DNA of 64,000 nt from positions 1,504,001 to 1,568,000 of the forward strand of contig CAVZSV010000004.1 of NCBI GenBank assembly GCA_963778115.1, read 5' to 3'. The first letter of the stretch is position 1, and each line of letters begins with the position of its first letter. The notes beneath the pieces were generated by a model. That model had not been told where the DNA came from. It did not search any database and saw only the letters and a list, made by a program, of their open reading frames with translations. This DNA comes from an uncultured delta proteobacterium. GTDB lineage: Bacteria; Bdellovibrionota; FAC87; UBA2466. Both the position numbers and the translations under genes were made by a program. This document shows, piece by piece, positions 1 through 9,738 of this stretch.

Positions 1-799
1 CCTCGATATAAGAGCCGTCTCCCCAGCCCGCGATTACAAAAAATAGATTTTTTATTTTCGCCGTAGCTTCTATGGCTTCCTCCAGATAATTATGCCTCCC
101 CACCCCTCCCAAATAGAGAAGGACTTTTGCAGATTCGGGCACCCCCCATTCCTTGCGAAGGTTAGGATCAATACCCTGCGGACCCATTAAGCGGGGACAG
201 TTATAAACGACAAATCTCCGTGCCATTGTCGGATATTTTTCGGCGTAATACTCTCCACGTTGCTGCTGGGGGAAAATGACGAAAACCGCCTTGGTAAGAA
301 TGGTCCTCTCTGCTTTTAAGAAAAGACGTACGAGAGGGGAGCATTTTGGGGGATCATAAATCTCGTGAGCATGTACGACGTAGGGAGTTCCGTAAATCCT
401 ATGGCACCAAAGTGCCATCGTTTGCTCCATAACGTCGTGGGCAATCAAAAATTGAGGGCGACCGTCCCGAATGTAGAACGACATTAAGCGTAAGAAAGAT
501 GCCCCAAAGAGCAACGACGAACGAAGGAGCGAAGGAATCCACTTTAGCCAGGGATCCGCGACGGAAATTCTCTCAATCGTCGGATCAACCACCTGCCCGG
601 GATCCAGTCTTATGTTTCCAAATTCATAAACGAGTATGGGAAATCCATGCTCTTTGAGCAGCTGGGTCTCGTATAGCGCCGGAGGAATTCGTTCCAATCG
701 ATTGAAACGAAGCACCAATACCCGGCCCCCTATCGAGGATCTTTTTTTTTCTTTCGCCAAACGTTCAATCCTGACTCTCTGCCGAGATGGATCCGGCAT
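1..799 (-). CDS. Glycosyltransferase family 4 (GT-B), 3'-truncated by window edge
   Basis: Not in the ORF track; translated by hand from ATG at 799: MPDPSRQ...LIAHD...PYVVHAHEIY...VVYNCP...VLLYLGGVGGHNYLEEAIEA...FVIAGWG, open to the window start; typical GT4 motifs. Confidence 0.75.
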   Translation of the reverse strand, partial: MPDPSRQRVRIERLAKEKKRSSIGGRVLVLRFNRLERIPPALYETQLLKEHGFPILVYEFGNIRLDPGQVVDPTIERISVADPWLKWIPSLLRSSLLFGASFLRLMSFYIRDGRPQFLIAHDVMEQTMALWCHRIYGTPYVVHAHEIYDPPKCSPLVRLFLKAERTILTKAVFVIFPQQQRGEYYAEKYPTMARRFVVYNCPRLMGPQGIDPNLRKEWGVPESAKVLLYLGGVGRHNYLEEAIEATAKIKNLFFVIAGWGDGSYIE

Positions 800-884
800 T
801 CAGATATTCGCAATCTTTGGGATCCAGTTTGAGGTTATTATAAACGAAAGGTCTATGAAAAATGGAAAAAGAAGCAAGAGCCCC

Positions 885-2606
885 TTAGGGTTCGGCTAGC
901 ACGGTACTCTGCCGGGAATACTGACCCTTCTTTAGCAGGCTGCTAACCTGAACAGCGCGTTGAAATTCTCGATAGTCCGAAAATGCGGTTCGAGCATGTC
1001 GATCAAAAGCATCAATTCCATCCGGACCAATGCTCTGTAAGGGAACGCCTTCATCCCACAGATAAAGAAGACTCTTGCAGATGGACGGCCACAAACTTTC
1101 GTCTCGTTCCTCTATCGCATGTCTAAGCAGGGGCATTCCCTGGATACCTAAATGTCTAAGCGCCAGCACCGCGTGAGTTTTAACCTCCAAGTGGGGACTC
1201 TTAAGAGCCTCCTCCAAAAGAGGCAATGCGTCTCGGACAGCAAGCATGCCGGCCGTCCGGGCGGCACCACTGGCCACCATATTATGTTCCGAGGTTACTC
1301 CGCGGGCGTCCGCAGCTAATTTCTCTTGAATCAAGTCCTTCAGATCCCATTCGCGCAGACTTCGAAAAAAATCCGCATCTCCGCCTAATCCCACTTTTCG
1401 ATAAGTCGCAATAATCTGCTGGCGTGCGGCTTCGTTCTGATCATCCAGTAAGTAAGCGCGGCGAATCCTATCAAACGCAGATCCCCTGGCTCCCGCTTTG
1501 TGCATTAGCTCCTGGTTTCCCAATTCAAATTCACTCTGAGACTCTTTGGTAAAATCGAAAAGATCCGCTGCGGAAAGTAATGTCTCCCTCTCCTCAGGCC
1601 AACCTCGAGTCTTCAAGCGTTTTGCGACCTCGACCAATTTTAAGGCGTTTACGGTTCCATACCCGTTCAGATGGGAATCTTGAAGGGCATTTGCCGTTTT
1701 GAGAACCGTTCCCAATAAGAGACGCTTTAATTCTGACGAATTTGCACCGGGTATAATAGAAAGTACATTCGCTAGTGCTCCGGTCAGAAGATTGGCCGCG
1801 GCACTAGTCTCCGCGAAGATATCGTAAGCGGCCGCTCCCTTTCTTGTCTTGATCCAAAAGTCGGCGGGAGCCCATAGGAGACTGCCTTCTTGAGAGGTCA
1901 GGGTCGCAAATCCCATGGGACCGACGCTCCCCACTCTAAAAACTTTTCCCTCAAGGAATGCGCGATCGGGGTAATCATTTCCCGCCGAGCTCACCACGAT
2001 GAAATGCTCAGCCAATCTTTTAAGGTAATTGCCCGCCTCCGGAGTCACCGGAGAGAGAGAAACATTGACCAACCAGGGGCGAGCCCTTTCAAAGATATCG
2101 CTTACATGTTTAAAATCAGAATCGCGTTGCAAAGTCGCCAAAGCCACGATGCGGGCCCTAACCGCAACGCCCACAGGGTGAGCGCCGTTGATCAAATTTA
2201 CGGACCCCGTTCCATGCGCCCCTCCCGCACGCTTGCGCCTGGACTCGCTGTCGTCCTTGGCCAAGAACTCACTTACGGCATCTTCAGAGTAGGCTCCGGT
2301 AAAATACTCGGGAAAAAATGCCCAATCGGCGACACCGACAGGAACCTCGGTCACATCTTTCCAATCGTTGAGTGCTCCCGGAATGAGATCGCTTCCAATA
2401 ACTCGTTGGGCCCAAAAGGGATGGAGCTTTGCTCCCCCAGAGCCGGCAAGCGAGATCGGCTCTTGACCATAAAAGGGAATTTCACTGGTAGGCTCGATAC
2501 CCCACGATCTTTTTTCCACGCTCCCAAACCAGAACAAGACAGCAAAAAGCCAAAGCATTGAAAAACAGCCAATGCAGGGTCCGGCCGCCGCGCACTTCGT
2601 CTTCAT
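885..2606 (-). CDS. Secreted S8 (subtilisin-like) serine peptidase with C-terminal HEAT-like repeats
   Basis: N-terminal hydrophobic segment; VGVAD (Asp), HGT (His), SAGN (oxyanion Asn), ETSAAA (Ser), GYG; LPLLEEALKSPHLEVKTHAVLALRHLG is HEAT-like. Confidence 0.7.
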   Translation of the reverse strand: MKTKCAAAGPCIGCFSMLWLFAVLFWFGSVEKRSWGIEPTSEIPFYGQEPISLAGSGGAKLHPFWAQRVIGSDLIPGALNDWKDVTEVPVGVADWAFFPEYFTGAYSEDAVSEFLAKDDSESRRKRAGGAHGTGSVNLINGAHPVGVAVRARIVALATLQRDSDFKHVSDIFERARPWLVNVSLSPVTPEAGNYLKRLAEHFIVVSSAGNDYPDRAFLEGKVFRVGSVGPMGFATLTSQEGSLLWAPADFWIKTRKGAAAYDIFAETSAAANLLTGALANVLSIIPGANSSELKRLLLGTVLKTANALQDSHLNGYGTVNALKLVEVAKRLKTRGWPEERETLLSAADLFDFTKESQSEFELGNQELMHKAGARGSAFDRIRRAYLLDDQNEAARQQIIATYRKVGLGGDADFFRSLREWDLKDLIQEKLAADARGVTSEHNMVASGAARTAGMLAVRDALPLLEEALKSPHLEVKTHAVLALRHLGIQGMPLLRHAIEERDESLWPSICKSLLYLWDEGVPLQSIGPDGIDAFDRHARTAFSDYREFQRAVQVSSLLKKGQYSRQSTVLAEP

Positions 2607-2669
2607 TAGATCCTTCTAACATCTACCGATAGAAAATGCGCGAGACTCCTTTCAAGCGCAAACCGAGAT

Positions 2670-3752
2670 CTAGCGCGGCTTTTGAGGCTTTTGAGGCTGT
2701 TGTTGGGTTAGGCAGTGGAAAGCTCCTAGTCCCCAAATTAGTTCCCGGCAGCTAATCGGAATAATCTTCCGCGTTGGAAAGCATTTGGCTACCACCCGAG
2801 TTGCTTCCTCATCCGCGGGATCGTCATAGACAGGAACCACAACCGACTCGTTGGTGATGTAAAAGTTCGCATAGCTGGCGGGAAGTCTTAAATCCTCCCG
2901 ATCGATTCGACGGGGCATCGGCAACTCGACCACGTTCAAGGGAGTGCCGTCTTGAAGTTTCATCGTCTTTAATTTTTCTAGATTCTCTTTCAATGGCACG
3001 TAATTCCTATCCGCCTTGTCGTGCTCCACCACGGTGAGCACCGTGGTTCGATTCACGAATCGGCTTAGATCATCGATATGGCCATCGGTATCGTCTCCTT
3101 CGATACCATCCCCCAGCCACAAGATCTGAGCGACGCCTAAGTAGTCCCGTAGAAAGTTTTCGATCTCCGCTTTGCTAAACTGGGGATTGCGATTGGGGTT
3201 AAGCAAGCACGATTCGGTGGTAAGTAAAGTTCCGTCTCCGTTCCCCTCGATGGAGCCTCCCTCCAGAATAAGTTCGGGCTTCCACAAGGGAAGTTCAAAA
3301 GCTTGCGCAATTTTGGTGGGGACCTCGTCGTCATCTTCGTAAGGGGGATATTTTCCGCCCCAGGCGTTGTACCGCCAGTCGATGACAGCCAAATTACTCT
3401 TGGGATCAGTGGATGTCTTGGTCAGAAAGATGGGCCCGTGATCACGGCACCAAGGTTCATTAGTGACGACATGGAAAAAGCGGGCTTTATGGGGAAAGTC
3501 GTCACCAAAATACGACCTTACTGTCTTTTCCTCGCTACGATCTCTCACATTGATATTAAGCGTCTCCGACGCCGCGATGGCACGAGCCATGGCGACTAAA
3601 GTGGGAACCACCCGATCGTAGGAATCAGGAAAACTAATCCCCTCGGGATGGGGCCACGAGATCCAAGTCCCTTCATGGGGTTCCCATTCCGCGGGCCAGC
3701 GGTAGCCAAGAGCGGCCGGAGATGTCGAAGGTATTGTCTTTAATCTATCCAT
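2670..3752 (-). CDS. aguA: Agmatine deiminase (PAD family)
   Basis: PAEWEPH, WCRDHGP, LEGGSIE, DTDGHID, ASYANF, GAFHCLTQQQP motifs. Confidence 0.93.
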   Translation of the reverse strand: MDRLKTIPSTSPAALGYRWPAEWEPHEGTWISWPHPEGISFPDSYDRVVPTLVAMARAIAASETLNINVRDRSEEKTVRSYFGDDFPHKARFFHVVTNEPWCRDHGPIFLTKTSTDPKSNLAVIDWRYNAWGGKYPPYEDDDEVPTKIAQAFELPLWKPELILEGGSIEGNGDGTLLTTESCLLNPNRNPQFSKAEIENFLRDYLGVAQILWLGDGIEGDDTDGHIDDLSRFVNRTTVLTVVEHDKADRNYVPLKENLEKLKTMKLQDGTPLNVVELPMPRRIDREDLRLPASYANFYITNESVVVPVYDDPADEEATRVVAKCFPTRKIIPISCRELIWGLGAFHCLTQQQPQKPQKPR

Positions 3753-4627
3753 CTTTTGGTAAGATCTTGATAGGCATCGATTCTACGATCGCGCAGGAAA
3801 GGCCAGTGGGTCCGTTGTTCTTCCAACGTTTTCGTGTCCACGTCGACAAGTAAGACCTCTTCTTTGTCACTAGAGGCCCGGCTCAAAATTTGTCCCGAAG
3901 GCGCCACACAGAAACTCTGGCCCCAAAAATCTATTCCCTCTCCACCGGCGGGATCTTCGTGGCCGATGCGGTTGGGAACCGCAACGTAAACTCCATTTGC
4001 AATGGCATGAGATCGTTGGATGGTTTCCCAAGCGTCATGTTGAGATTTTCCAAACTTGGCCTTTTCCGAGGGATGCCAGCCTATTGCTGTGGGATAAAAA
4101 AGGATCTCGGCCCCCGCGAGAGCGGTAAGTCTGGCGGCCTCCGGGTACCACTGATCCCAGCATATACATACGCCTATCTTTGCGAACTTCGTGGAAAACG
4201 TCTGGAAACCCAAATCGCCCGGTGCAAAATAAAATTTCTCGTAATAGAGCGGATCGTCCGGAATATGCATCTTGCGGTACTTGCCTACCAAGCTCCCATC
4301 CGCATCCAAAATAACCGCGGTATTGTGAAAGACGCCCGCACTTCTTCTTTCGAAGAGACTTCCAATGACTACCACCTGGTGGCGACGGGCCACTTGCGAG
4401 AGCTTTTCTGTCGTCGGCCCCGGGATAGGCTCGGCCAGAGAAAAATACTTGTGGTCTTCGCTCTGGCAAAAATATTGGGAAGTAAACAGTTCGGGCAAAC
4501 AAATAATATTCGCCCCCTCTTTGGCGGCCCGCTCCACCAAAGCAATTCCCCGCGATACATTATCGGCTGCTTCGGCAGAACAAGACATCTGGACGAGAGC
4601 TAAACGAGTTTTTGTAGCTTGCGACAT
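3740..4627 (-). CDS. aguB: N-carbamoylputrescine amidohydrolase (nitrilase family)
   Basis: LPELF, YRKMHIPDDP, EKFYF, ICWDQWYPE (E-K-C triad), PTAIGW; overlaps aguA. Confidence 0.9.
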   Translation of the reverse strand: MSQATKTRLALVQMSCSAEAADNVSRGIALVERAAKEGANIICLPELFTSQYFCQSEDHKYFSLAEPIPGPTTEKLSQVARRHQVVVIGSLFERRSAGVFHNTAVILDADGSLVGKYRKMHIPDDPLYYEKFYFAPGDLGFQTFSTKFAKIGVCICWDQWYPEAARLTALAGAEILFYPTAIGWHPSEKAKFGKSQHDAWETIQRSHAIANGVYVAVPNRIGHEDPAGGEGIDFWGQSFCVAPSGQILSRASSDKEEVLLVDVDTKTLEEQRTHWPFLRDRRIDAYQDLTKRWID

Positions 4628-4678
4628 TCGTTACCTTTTAGATCACTTTGCCTGGGGCGGAAAGTGGAAAGAAGACCG

Positions 4679-5389
4679 CTAAGCCGCCTCTAACACATCT
4701 AAGATGCCGTGACACGACGAGACCGTAGCAACCGCCACTCGACGTGCTCCGGAACCCAGGGCCTGATTCATTCGCTCCCATTCCCCATAGATGTTACTCA
4801 TCGGGATCGTCCCGACTCCGTGACTATGATGGTGGCAGACGAAAATGCCAACATCGTCCACACAATGCTTGTCTCGATCCGACGCTATGAGATTGCTAAC
4901 GGTGTCTTTCATCTCCCAACCTCGAGTATCTTTGGTCAAAGGACACAACATCGGTTCGATGCAATTTACCGGACAAAGACCTGGCGCGTGGCTAAGAACT
5001 AAAGTCCCTTGGCCAATGACCTTGGCATAAGGCAAGGAGGGAATGGGCCCTTGATAAGGAACTTGTCGCCACGTCTTGCCGCTAATAGGCAGCGTCTGTC
5101 TCATCAGCCAGTGAAACAGAATGTGAGGACCGATAGGAGTGGGAACCCACATATCATTTCGCCACCTCACGCGATTTGCCCAGGCCTGTACTCCAAAATC
5201 CAGCCAATCCGAAACGACCAGGCGCGCCCCCTCAACTTTTCCCAGCTCTTTAGCAACGGCACATGAAGCGTCCTTATCAACCACCACGATCTCGTCGACT
5301 TTTAGCTTCTCTTTTTGACGCGCCCGGTCCAACTGCCGGACATAATAGCTTCCATAACAGCCTCCTCCAGCTATAAAATAACGCGACAT
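4679..5389 (-). CDS. Hypothetical protein: N-terminal Rossmann-like GxGxxG, C-terminal Cys/His cluster
   Basis: IAGGGCYG...VVVD; CPVNCIEPMLCP; CHHHSH; SSCHG; start placed at ATG 5389 after GGAG. Confidence 0.7.
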   Translation of the reverse strand: MSRYFIAGGGCYGSYYVRQLDRARQKEKLKVDEIVVVDKDASCAVAKELGKVEGARLVVSDWLDFGVQAWANRVRWRNDMWVPTPIGPHILFHWLMRQTLPISGKTWRQVPYQGPIPSLPYAKVIGQGTLVLSHAPGLCPVNCIEPMLCPLTKDTRGWEMKDTVSNLIASDRDKHCVDDVGIFVCHHHSHGVGTIPMSNIYGEWERMNQALGSGARRVAVATVSSCHGILDVLEAA

Positions 5390-5471
5390 ATCACTCTCCG
5401 CTCTTTCCTTTGGCGGCAATTCTAGCCTTTTCCCTTACTAATTCCGATAAGAGATCACGAAAGTCTAAGCA

Positions 5472-6077
5472 ATGTGGCGCTCCGATAAACATAGAAAATG
5501 GGTCGTTGAAGGTACCCGCTTCACCCTTACCGTGATAGCTAGCAGCCTTCTTGCGATCTGGCTTCCTCATCAGTGGCGAAATCTCGTTAGAGCCCTCGAG
5601 CGTGCGAATCGGTCGGAAGCTTCCTCGTCAGCTCCCGGAGAAAACAACCAGAGTTTGCTTCCCGCCGAAGCTCGCAGACCAGTCCCTGTCGGCAAGATGG
5701 AAGACCTCTATCGGAAACATCTCGAAGAGATCTTCCGAACTCTGGAAGCGCGCCAATCGGTAAAAATTATCCGCATGCGCCTGCCGGTCTCCATCCTCAA
5801 GTATCAGCAAAACGCCGCGAATCCAAAAAACGAAAAAGGCGTTCTTTTGCAGGGCGTTTCGTTTCAGGTCCCCATCGCCGCAGTGCCTATCTCGGCCAAG
5901 AGTTTCTTAGAACAGATGCTGGTTACCTATATTGATCCTCAAAAGCTACCTAGCGAATATATTCCTGAACAGATGCTCCCCTTTAAGGAAGCGCTGATCG
6001 GAAACTTTGTCCTCGTTCCGGATTTAACGGGGGACAATGCCGCCTACTTCTCGTTTGATAGCAAAGATGATGAGTAG
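5472..6077 (+). CDS. Hypothetical protein with one N-terminal TM segment
   Basis: 201 aa ORF filling the gap; hydrophobic LTVIASSLLAIWL. Confidence 0.55.
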   Translation: MWRSDKHRKWVVEGTRFTLTVIASSLLAIWLPHQWRNLVRALERANRSEASSSAPGENNQSLLPAEARRPVPVGKMEDLYRKHLEEIFRTLEARQSVKIIRMRLPVSILKYQQNAANPKNEKGVLLQGVSFQVPIAAVPISAKSFLEQMLVTYIDPQKLPSEYIPEQMLPFKEALIGNFVLVPDLTGDNAAYFSFDSKDDE

Positions 6078-6162
6078 GCCTTAGGGCCAAACTGCCACCA
6101 CTTCAACACGCCGATTTGGTTCTAATTACCGAACCCTAACCTTGCTTAGCCTCAAGACCGGC

Positions 6163-6178
6163 TGGCTCCACATTTGCA
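6163..6178 (+). promoter_or_regulatory. sigma54 -24/-12 promoter of oppA1
   Basis: TGGCTCCACATTTGCA = GG-N10-GC with TGGC/TTGC, 43 nt before ATG 6222. Confidence 0.6.
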
Positions 6179-6221
6179 ATATTCTATACCGGTGGTACAA
6201 GGAATTGGGGAGGTTGGGGGA

Positions 6222-7844
6222 ATGATATCATTATTCAACAAAGCTTTTAGTGTCCTACTGGCAATCGTCTTTAGCGTGTCTGTGTCCGCACAGCAGGCGG
6301 TTTCGGCGAGCGCTCCGCCGCAGGTCTTAAATTGGGGCAATGGAGCCGAGCCCAAAGATCTCGACCCCCACATCGTCACCGGCGTGCCCGAGTTTGAAAT
6401 CTTGCAAAACCTTTTTGAAGGCCTCGTGGGTAAAGACCCCAGGACGCTAAAACCCATCCCGGGGGCCGCCGAGAGCTGGAAAATCTCCAAGGACGGCAAG
6501 ACCTACACCTTTAAGATCCGGAGTAACGCGGTATGGAGTGATGGAACTCCAGTGACCGCTAACGACTTTGTTTACTCTTGGACACGCTTGCTAGAGCCTA
6601 AGACCGCCAGCGAATATGCGTATCAAGGCTACTACTTTAAAAATGGAGAAGCTTACAATACGGGCAAACTAAAAGATGCCTCTCAACTAGGCTTCAAAGC
6701 CACCGATAAGAGAACCCTGGTCGTCTCTTTAGAACACCCCGTTCCTTTTTTCTTAAGCCTTCTCTATCACCACTCTCTTTATCCGGTCCCCAAACAGGCG
6801 ATCGAGAAATACGGCGCCCGTTGGACTCGGCCGGAAAATATGGTTAGCAACGGTGCGTTCGTCTTGGCCGATTGGGAGATGAATAAAGTCATCAAGCTTA
6901 AAAAGAACCTAAAGTACTGGGACGCAGGTAAAGTCGCTTTGACCGACGTCAACGTCTATCCGACCGAGAACTTGGACACCGAAGAGAAAATGTTCCGCAC
7001 CAATGAACTGCAGGTAACCAACGAAGTTCCTCTGGAGAAACTGCCGTTTTGGCAAAAGGATAAATCAGGTGTCTTCCAAAGTTATCCCTACTTGGGAACC
7101 TACTTCTACCGTCTTAACGTGACCAAGGCACCTTTGAACGACAAACGAGTCCGCAAAGCGCTAAATCTCGCCATCAACCGAGACGAATTGATTAAGTATG
7201 TGACGAAGGGAAACCAATTGGCCGCAACCGCATTCACCCCGCCCAATACGGCAGGTTATACGCCCATTCCGCGACTACCTTCCGATCTTAGTCGGTTGGA
7301 CGAAGCCAAAAAACTGCTGGCCGAAGCGGGCTATCCGGGTGGAAAGGGAATGCCGTCCATCGAAATTCTTTACAATACTCACGAAGGCCACAAAAAGATC
7401 GCGGAAGCCGTCCAACAAATGCTTAAGCAAAACCTAGGCATCAATGTCACGCTGCTCAATCAGGAATGGAAAGTCTATCTCGATAGCCAAAGAACCTTGA
7501 GCTATCAGATAGCCCGCGCCGGCTGGATTGGTGACTACAACGATCCTAATACGTTCTTGGATATGTTCTTAACGGGCGGCGGAAACAACGAAACCGGCTG
7601 GTCCAATAAGACCTACGACACTCTGATTGGACAAGCGGCTCAAGAATTAAATCCCAAGAAACGTCTAGCCATCTTTCAAAAGGCCGAGGACATCCTCTTG
7701 GACGAACTTCCTGTGCTACCCATCTACATCTACAAGCGTAACTTCTTGAAGAGCCGGTCGGTAGTGGGGTGGTATCCTAATATTGAAGATATCCACCCGC
7801 TTAAGTTCGTTAGCATTGAGAGGCCCTCTGTTGCGGTGAAGTAG
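6222..7844 (+). CDS. oppA: Oligopeptide ABC transporter substrate-binding protein (copy 1)
   Basis: NGAEPKDLDPH, LFEGL, WSDGTPVTANDF, RAGWIGDYNDP; ATG 6222 after a GGAGG-rich RBS. Confidence 0.92.
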   Translation: MISLFNKAFSVLLAIVFSVSVSAQQAVSASAPPQVLNWGNGAEPKDLDPHIVTGVPEFEILQNLFEGLVGKDPRTLKPIPGAAESWKISKDGKTYTFKIRSNAVWSDGTPVTANDFVYSWTRLLEPKTASEYAYQGYYFKNGEAYNTGKLKDASQLGFKATDKRTLVVSLEHPVPFFLSLLYHHSLYPVPKQAIEKYGARWTRPENMVSNGAFVLADWEMNKVIKLKKNLKYWDAGKVALTDVNVYPTENLDTEEKMFRTNELQVTNEVPLEKLPFWQKDKSGVFQSYPYLGTYFYRLNVTKAPLNDKRVRKALNLAINRDELIKYVTKGNQLAATAFTPPNTAGYTPIPRLPSDLSRLDEAKKLLAEAGYPGGKGMPSIEILYNTHEGHKKIAEAVQQMLKQNLGINVTLLNQEWKVYLDSQRTLSYQIARAGWIGDYNDPNTFLDMFLTGGGNNETGWSNKTYDTLIGQAAQELNPKKRLAIFQKAEDILLDELPVLPIYIYKRNFLKSRSVVGWYPNIEDIHPLKFVSIERPSVAVK

Positions 7845-7862
7845 ACCAAAATGCTCAGTCCC

Positions 7863-7943
7863 ATGTCTACGTTTTAAGTTCAGGTTCAGGTCAATGTTCA
7901 AGCCTTGGGTCATGAACGTATGCGTAGACGTGAACGTGAACTC
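7863..7943. repeat. Imperfect intergenic inverted repeat made of hexamer-like units
   Basis: GTTCAGGTTCAG...GTTCA on the left faces TGAACG...CGTAGACGTGAACGTGAAC on the right; GTCTACG and CGTAGAC are also complementary. Confidence 0.5.
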
Positions 7944-8062
7944 TCACTTGAGCCGTGAGCGTCGGCTTATTTGCGCTAAAGCAACCTTGGCGCACTAGGA
8001 TGCCCGGAGTCAGGTCTGCTTTTTCTCTCCCCTCCCCGCAAATTGTGCTAATAAGCCGAGTC

Positions 8063-9628
8063 ATGCGAACTTTATTCTTTCTAGCTACTTTTTCTTACTG
8101 GGCATTGGCCGCGACCAGCCAAACGTTACGTGTTAGCAATGGTGCCGAGCCCCAGGATCTCGATCCACAGACAGTCACCGGAACTCCTGAATTCAACATC
8201 CTCATCAACCTATTCGAAGGGCTGGTCACCAAAGACCCCAAGACTCTTGAAATTCTTCCTGCTGTTGCCGAACGCTGGAAGGTCTCGCCAGACGGTAAGT
8301 CCTACACTTTTTATCTGCGCAAGGATGCTCGCTGGAGTGACGGAACCCCTGTCACGGCTTCGGATTTCGTCTACTCTTGGGCAAGGCTGCTCGATCCCAA
8401 GACCGCGGCTGAATATGCGCCGTATGGTTACTATATTGTTAACGGAGAAAAATACGCCAAGGGTGAGATCAAAGACATTAACCAACTGGGCGTATCGGCT
8501 CTCGGCGATCACACGCTTAAAGTTACTCTAGTAAATCCTACAACCTATTTCTTAAGTCTGTTGACCCAACCCTGTCTGGCACCCGTACCCAAGAAGGCGA
8601 TCGAAAAATTCGGCAAGAACTGGACTCGCCCAGAAAATATGATCTCTAACGGCCCATTCCAACTGTCCGAATGGAAAATGAATCAGAGTATCCTCGCCAA
8701 GAAAAATCCCTTCTACTGGGATCGTAGCCATGTCAAATTAGATAAGATTAATTTTCTGGTCATTGATAACAAAGACACCGAAGAAAAGATGTTTCGCACC
8801 AAAGAGATCGATCTGACTCAAGAGGTTCCACTCGAGAAATTAGCGCTTTGGAAGAAAGACAAAACGGGGTCATTACAGAGTTACGATTACCTGGCCATCT
8901 ATTTCTATCGTCTTAATGTAAGCAAACCTCCTTTGAATAATCCCAAAGTTCGTAAGGCTCTTAATCTTGCCATCAACCGTCAGGACCTGGTGAATTACGT
9001 CACTAAAGCAAACCAAACGCCCGCACGCGGGCTAGTTCCTCCGGGGGCTGGCAGGACCTATTCTGGCCCCATGGTCCTCCCCACCGATCTAAGCCGATTA
9101 AGCGAAGCCAAGCGGCTGTTGAAAGAAGCAGGGTATCCGGACGGAAAGGGGCTACCGTCTTTGGAGATTCTTTACAATACCCACGAAGCCCACAAAAAGA
9201 TCGCCGAAGCCCTCCAGCAGATGTGGAAAGTTAATCTCAATCTCAATGTCACCCTCAATAATCAAGAATGGAAAGTTTTCTTGGATACCGTAAACACGGG
9301 AGGATACCAAATCGCTCGAGCGGGATGGACCGGCAATTACAACGATCCCAACGCCTTCTTGGAGCTGTTTCAGACCGGCTCGCCTACCAACCGAACGGGC
9401 TGGTCGAACCTCGAGTACGATGAACTGCTAAAAAAGGCGGCTAAAGAAAAGAGCGTGAAGGCTAGGTTTACACTTCTAGAGCAGGCGGAAAGTATCCTCT
9501 TGGAAGAGCTTCCGGTCATTCCCCTGTATTACTACAAACGCAACTGTCTGAAGTCGGCAAAAGTTAAAGGATGGTATCCGAACCTTGAGGACTACCACCC
9601 CCTAAAACTGGTCACGATCGAAGGTTAA
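8063..9628 (+). CDS. oppA: Oligopeptide ABC transporter substrate-binding protein (copy 2)
   Basis: Same family-5 SBP motifs; ATG 8063 begins a signal peptide MRTLFFLATFSYWALA. Confidence 0.92.
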   Translation: MRTLFFLATFSYWALAATSQTLRVSNGAEPQDLDPQTVTGTPEFNILINLFEGLVTKDPKTLEILPAVAERWKVSPDGKSYTFYLRKDARWSDGTPVTASDFVYSWARLLDPKTAAEYAPYGYYIVNGEKYAKGEIKDINQLGVSALGDHTLKVTLVNPTTYFLSLLTQPCLAPVPKKAIEKFGKNWTRPENMISNGPFQLSEWKMNQSILAKKNPFYWDRSHVKLDKINFLVIDNKDTEEKMFRTKEIDLTQEVPLEKLALWKKDKTGSLQSYDYLAIYFYRLNVSKPPLNNPKVRKALNLAINRQDLVNYVTKANQTPARGLVPPGAGRTYSGPMVLPTDLSRLSEAKRLLKEAGYPDGKGLPSLEILYNTHEAHKKIAEALQQMWKVNLNLNVTLNNQEWKVFLDTVNTGGYQIARAGWTGNYNDPNAFLELFQTGSPTNRTGWSNLEYDELLKKAAKEKSVKARFTLLEQAESILLEELPVIPLYYYKRNCLKSAKVKGWYPNLEDYHPLKLVTIEG

Positions 9629-9738
9629 AACTTCGTTAGATTACGGGGCTTTACTTTTATAAACGGGTAGGGCCTATCCAGCCCTCAATACTAAAAAAAA
9701 GCTTGTGAAATCCGCTATATTTGATTACTTCTGACCTT

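Noticed and set aside
1890..4603. Long plus-strand ORFs 1890..2561 and 3890..4603, and most other short nested or antisense ORFs in the track
   Set aside because: They lie opposite or inside well-supported genes and have no recognisable motifs
5422..5450. sigma28-like TCCGATAA before the 5472 gene
   Set aside because: Good -10 box but no -35 element at the correct spacing
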